From positions 1 to 24,000 of the forward strand of contig DASRJI010000168.1 of assembly GCA_035649535.1 (NCBI GenBank): a stretch of 24,000 nt of DNA, in the 5' to 3' direction. Under the pieces are notes generated by a model that saw only the letters and a program-made list of their open reading frames with translations, was not told the origin of the DNA and did no database searches. Position 1 is the first letter of the stretch, and each line of letters begins with the position of its first letter. Made by a program: the position numbers and the translations under genes. Positions 16,148-24,000 of the stretch are shown here, one piece after another. The DNA comes from Acidimicrobiales bacterium. GTDB taxonomy: Bacteria > Actinomycetota > Acidimicrobiia > Acidimicrobiales > JACDEA01.

Positions 16148-17370
16148 CGCGGCTGCTCGCCATCATGGGATCGGGCGAGACCAGCCCGACGATGGTCAAG
16201 ACTCACCGCGCCCTGTTCGAACACCTGGGCCCGAACACATCGGCGGTGCTGCTCGACACACCGTTCGGCTTCCAGGAGAACGCCAGCGACATCGCCGCCA
16301 AAGCGGTCGAGTACTTCGCGACCAGTGTTGGCCGGTCGATCGACGTCGCCTGCCTCCGAACGTCGGACATCGACGCACTGGCGCGCGAATCGGCGGTCGA
16401 GCAGGTGCGGGCCGCTGACTACGTGTTCAGCGGCCCGGGGAGCCCCTCGTACGCGCTCCGCCAGTGGCGCGACACGCCCATCCCGGAACTGCTGCGCGCC
16501 AAGCTGCGCGACGGCGGGTGCGTGTGCTTCGCCAGCGCGGCCGCGCTCACGCTCGGGCTGGTCACCGTGCCGGTGTACGAGGTGTACAAAGTCGGCGAGG
16601 ACCCGGTGTGGCTCGAGGGCCTCGACTTGTTGGGCGCGACCGGGCTGCGCGCCGCGGTCATCCCCCACTTCGACAACGCCGAAGGCGGCAACCACGACAC
16701 GCGCTTCTGCTATCTCGGCGAACGGCGGCTGCGCATTCTCGAGGCGTCCCTACCCGATGACGCGTTTGTCCTCGGGGTCGACGAGCACACCGCGTGCGTG
16801 CTCGATCTCGACGCCGGCACCGCGGCCGTCACCGGCAACGGCGGCGTGACGATCCGCCGCGACGGCGAGGCGCGGGTAGTCCCGGCGGGGACGACGGTAT
16901 CCATCGACGAACTGGCCGAGGGCGGCGGGGCGACCGTGTCCGCGGCCCCGCCGACGGCCGCGGCGGCGGTGCGCGAGGCGCGGTCGCCACTGCTCGACTC
17001 GGCGGCGCGGCTCGAGGCCGATGCCGGCACCGCCCTCGCCACCGGCGACTTGGCCGGCGCCGTGAACGCAGTGCTCACCCTCGACGACGAGCTGGCCGCG
17101 TGGTCAGCCGACACGTTGCAGAGCGACGAGCCCGATCGGGTCAAGGCCGTGCTGCGCTCGATGCTCGTCCGCCTGGCCGGTGAGGCTGGCGCCGTCGGCC
17201 AGCGCGCCGAGTTGGTCGGTCCGTTGGTCGAAGCGCTGCTCGACGCGCGCGCCGCGGCACGTGACGGCGGCCGCTTCGACGAGGCCGACGCCGTTCGCGA
17301 CCAACTGGTCGCCTTGGGCATCGAGGTGAACGACAGCCGGGAAGGCTCGTCGTGGCGCTTACTATCGTGA
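16144..17370 (+). CDS. Hypothetical two-domain protein: N-terminal class-I glutamine-amidotransferase/peptidase S51-like fold (tentative), C-terminal CysRS-type (CysS/YqeB C-terminal) helical module
   Basis: 408 aa. GTGA overlap with the hydrolase stop. The C-terminal LLDARAAARDGGRFDEADAVRDQLVALGIEVNDSREGSSWRL closely resembles the extreme C-terminus of cysteinyl-tRNA synthetase/MshC. The N-terminal assignment rests on weak motif resemblance only (SGPGSPSY, FASAAAL). Confidence 0.55.
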   Translation: MTRLLAIMGSGETSPTMVKTHRALFEHLGPNTSAVLLDTPFGFQENASDIAAKAVEYFATSVGRSIDVACLRTSDIDALARESAVEQVRAADYVFSGPGSPSYALRQWRDTPIPELLRAKLRDGGCVCFASAAALTLGLVTVPVYEVYKVGEDPVWLEGLDLLGATGLRAAVIPHFDNAEGGNHDTRFCYLGERRLRILEASLPDDAFVLGVDEHTACVLDLDAGTAAVTGNGGVTIRRDGEARVVPAGTTVSIDELAEGGGATVSAAPPTAAAAVREARSPLLDSAARLEADAGTALATGDLAGAVNAVLTLDDELAAWSADTLQSDEPDRVKAVLRSMLVRLAGEAGAVGQRAELVGPLVEALLDARAAARDGGRFDEADAVRDQLVALGIEVNDSREGSSWRLLS

Positions 17371-17388
17371 CCCGGCCTTCGGGCCCCG

Positions 17389-17461
17389 GCCCCCATCGTC
17401 CAGCGGCCTAGGACGCCGCCCTTTCAAGGCGGTAACACGGGTTCGAATCCCGTTGGGGGTG
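17389..17461 (+). tRNA. tRNA-Glu (anticodon UUC)
   Basis: Folds by hand as a cloverleaf. Acceptor GCCCCCA/TGGGGGT (G1-U72). D arm GTCC/GGAC. Anticodon arm CCGCC-CTTTCAA-GGCGG. T arm ACGGG-TTCGAAT-CCCGT. 73 nt, and CCA is not encoded. Confidence 0.9.
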
Positions 17462-17483
17462 CTGCTGGCTAGATTCGTCTCGG

Positions 17484-18896
17484 GTGCACGTTATTGAGAC
17501 GGATTACCTCGTGGTGGGTACCGGCGCGTCGGGGCTTGCGTTCGTCGACGCGCTCATCAACCGTGCTGATGTCGACGTTGTCATGGTCGATCGGCGCCAC
17601 CGCCCTGGCGGCCATTGGCTGGACGCGTATCCGTTCGTCCGGCTTCACCAGCCCTCGGCGACCTACGGCGTCGACTCGCGCGAGTTGGGCAACGGACGGA
17701 TCGACACATCTGGCCCGAACGCGGGTTACTACGAGCTGGCGACCGGTGCGGAGGTAGTCAACTACTTCGGCCGTGTTCTCGACGAGGGGTTGCTGCCGTC
17801 GGGCCGGGTGCGTTTCTACGGTCTGTCCGACTACCTGGGCGGTGACTCGGACGGCCACCACTTCAGGTCGCTCCTGACCGGAGCCGAGACGACCGTCAAG
17901 GTGCGCAAGCGCGTGGTCGACGCCGCGTACATCCAACCGTCGGTTCCCTCGAGGCACACACCGTCCTTTGAGGTCGATGACGGCGTGCGGTTCGTGTCCC
18001 CAAATCGTCTCGCCGAGCTGTCCGAGCCGGGGGGCGGGTACACGATTATCGGCTCCGGCAAGACCGCGATGGACACTTGCGGCTGGCTGATAGAGAACGG
18101 CGTCCCGGCCGACAACATCCGCTGGGTCAAACCGCGTGAACCGCTCATGCTGAACCGCGCCTTCACCCAGCCGCGTGAGCTTGTCGCTTCGTACATGCAG
18201 CTCCTCTCATCGCTGGTGCGCGCGAGCGCCGCAGCTGAGGAGCCAATCGATTTCGCCGGGCAGCTCGAGTCCGACGGCGTGTTGGTGCGGATCCACTCCG
18301 ACGTCGAGCCCACCGCCTTCCGAGGCGGGACGATCAGCATGGGGGAGGTCGAGCGCATCCGCCAGGTCTCCAACGTCGTCCGCCAGGGCTACGTGCGTCG
18401 AATCGGAACCGACCGCGTGACGCTTGCGGATGGCGCCATCGAGTCGCGCCGCGGCGAGGTGTTCGTCGATTGCACGGCCCGTGGTGTTCCTTCGTTGTCG
18501 CTGCGTCCCGTGTTCGAGCCGGGTCGCATCACGATGGAGTTCTTGACGCTCGGGAACGCGCCCTACAGCGCGGCGATCATCGGCGTCGTGGAGGCACTGG
18601 GTGACGACGATGGGGAACGGAATCGGGTCTGTCCGCCGATGGCGTTCGACGGCACCCTCGTCGGGTTCCCCGGCCTGGTCCTTCCTGCGCTGACGGGAAC
18701 CACCGCTCGGGCGGCCGTGCCGGAAATCAACACGTGGAACGCGGGGTCACGGATGAACCCGACCCGCGGGGCGCAGGATCGCCGCGACGACCCAACCATC
18801 GCCAAGGCGTTCGAAGTGCTCGCCGAGCACACCGCTCCCGCGCTCAGCAACCTCGCACGCCTCGTCGCCGCCGGCGCCGCACCCGCTCGCGAGTAG
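17484..18896 (+). CDS. FAD/NAD(P)-binding oxidoreductase (two Rossmann dinucleotide motifs)
   Basis: 470 aa. N-terminal DYLVVGTGASGLAF (GxGxxG) and a second IIGSGKTAMD motif. GTG start 22 nt after tRNA-Glu, and the stop is 30 nt before tRNA-Asp. More A/T-ending codons (GTT, ATT, ATA, CGT, CCT) are visible than in neighbouring genes. Confidence 0.75.
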   Translation: MHVIETDYLVVGTGASGLAFVDALINRADVDVVMVDRRHRPGGHWLDAYPFVRLHQPSATYGVDSRELGNGRIDTSGPNAGYYELATGAEVVNYFGRVLDEGLLPSGRVRFYGLSDYLGGDSDGHHFRSLLTGAETTVKVRKRVVDAAYIQPSVPSRHTPSFEVDDGVRFVSPNRLAELSEPGGGYTIIGSGKTAMDTCGWLIENGVPADNIRWVKPREPLMLNRAFTQPRELVASYMQLLSSLVRASAAAEEPIDFAGQLESDGVLVRIHSDVEPTAFRGGTISMGEVERIRQVSNVVRQGYVRRIGTDRVTLADGAIESRRGEVFVDCTARGVPSLSLRPVFEPGRITMEFLTLGNAPYSAAIIGVVEALGDDDGERNRVCPPMAFDGTLVGFPGLVLPALTGTTARAAVPEINTWNAGSRMNPTRGAQDRRDDPTIAKAFEVLAEHTAPALSNLARLVAAGAAPARE

Positions 18897-18926
18897 CTTG
18901 GAGCAGCGCTCCGTTCGGAGTGCCCC

Positions 18927-19004
18927 GGTCCTGTGGTGCAGTTTGGAGTGCACGCCGGCCTGTCAAGCCGGAGGTCGCGGGTTCAAATCCCGTCAGGACC
19001 GCCA
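18927..19004 (+). tRNA. tRNA-Asp (anticodon GUC), CCA encoded
   Basis: Acceptor GGTCCTG/CAGGACC. Anticodon arm CCGGC-CTGTCAA-GCCGG. T arm GCGGG-TTCAAAT-CCCGT. Discriminator G followed by genomic CCA. Confidence 0.9.
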
Positions 19005-19028
19005 ACCAGTAACGTTGTCCCGTTCCAC

Positions 19029-19101
19029 GGTCGGGTAGCTCAGTCGGCAGAGCACGCGCCTGAAAAGCGCGGGGTCACCGGATCGACGCCGGTCCCGACC
19101 A
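19029..19101 (+). tRNA. tRNA-Phe (anticodon GAA)
   Basis: Acceptor GGTCGGG/CCCGACC. D arm GCTC/GAGC. Anticodon arm CGCGC-CTGAAAA-GCGCG. T arm ACCGG-ATCGACG-CCGGT, which has an atypical T loop. Discriminator A, and CCA is not encoded. Confidence 0.85.
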
Positions 19102-19105
19102 CTCA

Positions 19106-19158
19106 TCGACTTTGTTGCAGTTGTCGTTCCTCCAGAACGACAACTGCAACAAAGTCGA
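19106..19158. terminator. Perfect 24-bp inverted repeat (5-nt loop) between convergent tRNA-Phe and the HAD gene; candidate bidirectional U-tract-less terminator
   Basis: 19106..19129 tcgactttgttgcagttgtcgttc is the exact reverse complement of 19135..19158 gaacgacaactgcaacaaagtcga, with loop ctcca. It starts 5 nt after tRNA-Phe and ends 13 nt before the HAD stop codon. There is no flanking T-run on either strand. Confidence 0.5.
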
Positions 19159-19170
19159 CAGGGGTCTGAA

Positions 19171-19889
19171 TCAGAAGCCCAGCACGCCCGGCAGGGCGCG
19201 CATGTCACCCACGACGTGGTCGGCCTCGGGGTCGGGGCTCGAGTCGTCGTCGAAGACGCCGGTGTAGCGGACGGCGACCATGCCCATGGCCAGCGCGCCG
19301 GCGATGTCGGTGCGCCGGAGGTCGCCGACGTGGGCCGCACGCGAGGGCTCGACGCCGCCCAGCCCGTCGAGGGCGTGCTCGAAGATCTCGGGCGCCGGCT
19401 TATAGCAGCCGACCTCGTCCGAGAACGACCAGTGGTCGAACAGCGGGAGCAGCCCGCGGCGGATGAGGTGCTCGCGGAGCACGTTCGACGGCGTGAAGCC
19501 GACGTCGCAGATGATGCCCAGGCGGACGCCGGCATCCTTCAGGTCCGTGAGGCACTCGGCCACACCCTCGGTGAGGTCGAAGTCGATACCGCGGCCGACG
19601 TGGGTGAACGCGTCGATGAGCGCGGGCTTGAGGTCGTCGGGCACCGCGAAGCCCAACCCCTCGAGGCACTGCTCGGCCGCCTCGGCCGCGTGGTACTGCT
19701 CGTTGGCCGTCCACGCGGTGACGTAGCGGTCCCACGCATCTTTGAAGACCGCACTCAACTCCTCGCGCTCGACGGTGAACCCGGCGTCCTCGAATATGCC
19801 GAGCCACGCCTCGAGCCGGCGGCCGGGCAGCTCGCCTTTCTCGACGACGAGCGTGTTCCAGTGATCGAAGGTGACCGCTTCGAGCGCCA

Positions 19890-19890
<1 letters not shown>
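19171..19890 (-). CDS. HAD-superfamily hydrolase, subfamily IA-like
   Basis: This is the internal ATG of the 403-aa track ORF and gives 239 aa. Motif I region VTFDHWNTLV, motif III GCYKPAPEIF, motif IV HVGDLRRTDIAGA. Its ATG shares one nucleotide with the malic enzyme TGA. Confidence 0.8.
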
Positions 19891-21308
<1,418 letters not shown>

Positions 21309-21337
21309 ACCGACTCAGTATCGCTGCCCCGAGACCC

Positions 21338-22402
21338 CTACTCCGACAGACGGGCGATGTCGTAGGCGCGGAGCACGACGTCGGCCGAGTCGGCCCACGT
21401 CGGCGCTGCCGCGACGCGGGCCTGGCCCGCGGTCCGCAACTCGGCGCTCCGCCGCGGGTCGTCCAGTAGCCCGGCCAGGGCGTCGGCGAACGCCTCACCG
21501 GTGATCTCTTCGCACCATTCGGCCGCGTCGCCGGCGACCTCCGGCAACGACGCTACCGGCGCGCACACCAAAGGCGTTCCGGCGGACAGCGCTTCGAGGG
21601 CGGGCAGGCCGTAGCCCTCGTACTCGGTCGGGTACACGAAGGCCGCCGCGCCGGCGAGCAGGGCCTGGTAGTCCTCGTCGGGACACGAACCGGCCACCAC
21701 GAGCCCGGGTTCGGGCGCCAGCTCCGGTTCACCGATGACGACGAGCCCGACGTCGCGCCCCGCAGCGCGAACGCGGCGCCACGCGGCGAGCGAGACGTCG
21801 AGCCGACGTCGGGGCGCGCCGCCGAAGGCAAGGACGTACTGGCCGCTGACGCCGAAGCTCGCCAGGCGCGCCTGCACGACGTCGCCGTCGAGCCGACCGA
21901 AACCGTCGGCGACCGAGCACGTCGCCACCATCACACGGGCCGGGTCGACGCCGTAGGTCGCCACGATCTCGTCGCGTATGAACTCGCTGATGGTCAGGAC
22001 GACCTTCGCCGTGCGCGCCGCATGACGCGCCTGGTAGCGGAAGGCGTACATGTTCGCCTTGTGGTTCGGGAAGTACTGCGGATGGTGCTCGTAGGCCAGG
22101 TCGTGGATGTTGACGACCATCGGCACCGATTGCCGGTACGGGAGCGCGTTGAAGGTGCCGTGGAAGATCCCGTCGAACCCGCGCAGCGCCCGCGGGATCG
22201 CGTACTGCACCCATGGCAGCGTCATCCCGGTGAGCGGCACGCGCAGCGGCCGCACGCTCGCCCCGGCGGTGCGCAGCGGCGGTGGATCACTTGCCTTGGT
22301 GAACAGTTCGATGTCGGCGTGCGCCGCGAGGCTGGGCAACAGATTGTCGAGGTAGCGACCCACGCCGGCGAGGGGCCGGACCTGAAGGGCGCGCGCGTCC
22401 AT
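21338..22402 (-). CDS. Glycosyltransferase family 4 (GT-B, retaining)
   Basis: This is the internal ATG (CAT at 22400..22402) of the 594-aa track ORF and gives 354 aa. It carries the E-x7-E signature FVYPTEYEGYGLPALEALSAGTPLV. Confidence 0.85.
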   Translation of the reverse strand: MDARALQVRPLAGVGRYLDNLLPSLAAHADIELFTKASDPPPLRTAGASVRPLRVPLTGMTLPWVQYAIPRALRGFDGIFHGTFNALPYRQSVPMVVNIHDLAYEHHPQYFPNHKANMYAFRYQARHAARTAKVVLTISEFIRDEIVATYGVDPARVMVATCSVADGFGRLDGDVVQARLASFGVSGQYVLAFGGAPRRRLDVSLAAWRRVRAAGRDVGLVVIGEPELAPEPGLVVAGSCPDEDYQALLAGAAAFVYPTEYEGYGLPALEALSAGTPLVCAPVASLPEVAGDAAEWCEEITGEAFADALAGLLDDPRRSAELRTAGQARVAAAPTWADSADVVLRAYDIARLSE

Positions 22403-22422
22403 GGCGACGTGTCGGCGGTCGC

Positions 22423-23349
22423 TCACTTCCGACGCACCACCCAGCGCAGGAACGCGCCGTACCCGGCCAGCATCGACAGGATCAGGCGGGGCTGGCGCGC
22501 CGCCGTGAGCTGCACGGTCTTGAACGCCAGCCGGGCGGGAACCGCGATCGGCAGGCACCAGCGGTGGAACCGCCACGTGAAGATCATGGTGCTGCGCGTG
22601 CTGTGGAACTCCGAGATCGTCGACGACGTCCGACGGCCGGCGCTCTTGCCGCCCGTCGTCGACGCCCCGGCGTGGCGGACGACCGAGTCCAACGCCGCGT
22701 CGATCCGCCAACCGGCGACCGCCAGGCGGCGGGCGACGTCGATCTCCTCGCAGTACAGGAAGTAGTCCGGGGAGAAGCCGCCGACCGCGACGAACGCGTC
22801 GCGGCGGAAGAACATCGCCGCGCCGGAGACGAAGTCGATGGCGACGCGCCGCGTCGCGGCGACATCGCGACGGGGCAGGCTCGCGCCGACCGGTTGCGAC
22901 CGCGTCAAGCACGGCGTGTACGTGAAGCCGCCGGCGCACTGCACGACCTCGGGCGCGTCGCGGTCGACCAACAGGCTCCCCCACAACCCGACCGAGGGCT
23001 CGGCGGCGGCGGCGGCCAACAAGCCGTCGAGCGCCCCGAGCTCGATCTCGCAGTCCGGGTTGAGGAACCACAGGTACGTGGGCGGGTTCTCGGTCGACAG
23101 CGCGTCGGCCCCAATGTTGCACCCGGCGGAAAACCCGCCGTTGCGAGCGGCCGCTACCAACGAGACCCTGTCGCGCCAGGCGGCGAGGCGCTCGAGCGAT
23201 CCGTCGTCCGAGTCGTTGTCGACGACGACGACTCGCAGGCCTTGATCAATGAGCGGCGCCAGCGACTCGAGGCACGCGACGACATCGGCGGCCGATCGAT
23301 AGTTCACGATGACCGCGCCGACGTCAGCTGGCGTGGAGAGCGCGGTCAC
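22423..23349 (-). CDS. Glycosyltransferase family 2 (GT-A)
   Basis: 308 aa. Motifs: AVIVNYRSAADVVACLESL, VVVVDNDSDDGS, GGFSAGCN, FLNPDCE. GTG start. Confidence 0.85.
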   Translation of the reverse strand: MTALSTPADVGAVIVNYRSAADVVACLESLAPLIDQGLRVVVVDNDSDDGSLERLAAWRDRVSLVAAARNGGFSAGCNIGADALSTENPPTYLWFLNPDCEIELGALDGLLAAAAAEPSVGLWGSLLVDRDAPEVVQCAGGFTYTPCLTRSQPVGASLPRRDVAATRRVAIDFVSGAAMFFRRDAFVAVGGFSPDYFLYCEEIDVARRLAVAGWRIDAALDSVVRHAGASTTGGKSAGRRTSSTISEFHSTRSTMIFTWRFHRWCLPIAVPARLAFKTVQLTAARQPRLILSMLAGYGAFLRWVVRRK

Positions 23350-23404
23350 AAGCGGTCGACCGTACCCGAGCGGCCGCGAGGCAGGGAATTACGCTCGTCA
23401 CTCC

Positions 23405-24000
23405 GTGTCGCGCCCGCCGCTCGCCTTCGTCCACGACCACATCGTCCAGCGCGGTGGCGGGGAGCGCGTGCTGCTGGCGATGACCCGCGCCTTCCCGGCA
23501 ACGCCGGTGTACACGTCGTTCTACCGACCGGAGCTGACGTTCCCTGAGTTCGCCAACCTCGATGTCCGGCCCATGCCGGCTGACCGCGTGGGCGTCCTGC
23601 GGAAGCACCACCGGGCCGCCCTCCCGATCTTCCCGCTGCTCTACAACCGCCTCCATGTCGACGCTGACGTCGTGATCTGTAGCTCGTCCGGTTGGGCCCA
23701 GGGCGCGCGGGTCGGCGGACGCAAGCTGATCTTCTTCCAGGCCTTGGCGCAGTGGCTGCACGCCTCCGAGCACTACCTCGCCAACGTCGGCCCCGCCGCT
23801 CGATGGGGCGTGGCGACGCTGCGACCATGGCTGACGCGGTGGGATCGCCGGACCGTGGAGACCGCCGACCGTCTCGCGGTGTGCGGCGGTCACATGCGAG
23901 ATCTCGTCCGGCAGGCCTACGGGATGGACGCCGAGATCGTGCCGCCACCTATCGCCGTGGACCCGTCAGGCCCGCAGTCGCCCATTGACGGCGTCGAGCC
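23405..24000 (+). CDS. Glycosyltransferase (GT4-like N-terminal domain), 3' end outside window
   Basis: Not in the ORF track because it has no stop in the window. My own translation from the GTG at 23405 gives MSRPPLAFVHDHIVQRGGGERVLLAMTRAFPATPVYTSFY...VICSSSGWAQG, typical of GT4 N-termini (xFVHDWxxxxGGxExV). No in-frame stop occurs to position 24000. Divergent from the GT2 gene. Confidence 0.7.
   Translation, partial: MSRPPLAFVHDHIVQRGGGERVLLAMTRAFPATPVYTSFYRPELTFPEFANLDVRPMPADRVGVLRKHHRAALPIFPLLYNRLHVDADVVICSSSGWAQGARVGGRKLIFFQALAQWLHASEHYLANVGPAARWGVATLRPWLTRWDRRTVETADRLAVCGGHMRDLVRQAYGMDAEIVPPPIAVDPSGPQSPIDGVE

Noticed and set aside
17389-19170. tRNA-associated genomic island or prophage att site (tRNA-Phe is a common integration target; the long palindrome lies right after it)
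   Set aside because: There is no integrase, excisionase, transposase or direct repeat of the tRNA 3' end in the window. The genes downstream (HAD, malic enzyme) are housekeeping-like with native composition.

Overview
High-GC (roughly 70%) chromosomal segment, most likely from an Actinomycetota-like genome. The Bacillus-style caa3 operon layout suggests a deep-branching class such as Acidimicrobiia or Thermoleophilia, but that is inference only. I call 25 CDS (two of them cut by the window edges), 3 tRNAs and one long hairpin. I saw no CRISPR, transposase, integrase or phage genes. The core of the window is a tightly packed minus-strand respiratory string (about 3681..13061): ctaB, a subunit I-like gene, a subunit III-like gene, a 7-TM cupredoxin, ctaC (with fused cytochrome c), ctaD, ctaE, ctaF, ctaG and a TlpA-like thiol-disulfide oxidoreductase. 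ctaA is divergent from ctaB. The most unusual element is the three-gene module between ctaB and the canonical caa3 genes. Its subunit I paralog is an intact 508-codon ORF, yet by eye alignment to the canonical CtaD in the same window it has lost all six heme/CuB histidine ligands and the K- and D-channel residues. It is translationally coupled to a subunit III-like gene and a polytopic membrane protein ending in a type-1 copper domain. Other content: TetR (partial) and MFS; a secreted tannase-like hydrolase with an LPXTG-type sorting signal; clpS and DUF2017; plsY; an alpha/beta hydrolase coupled to a two-domain hypothetical protein with a CysRS-type C-terminal module; a tRNA-Glu/Asp/Phe cluster interrupted by a flavoprotein gene; a perfect 24-bp hairpin; a HAD hydrolase coupled to an ACT-domain malic enzyme; and three glycosyltransferase genes. 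All functional calls rest on motif recognition by eye and need HMM or BLAST confirmation.
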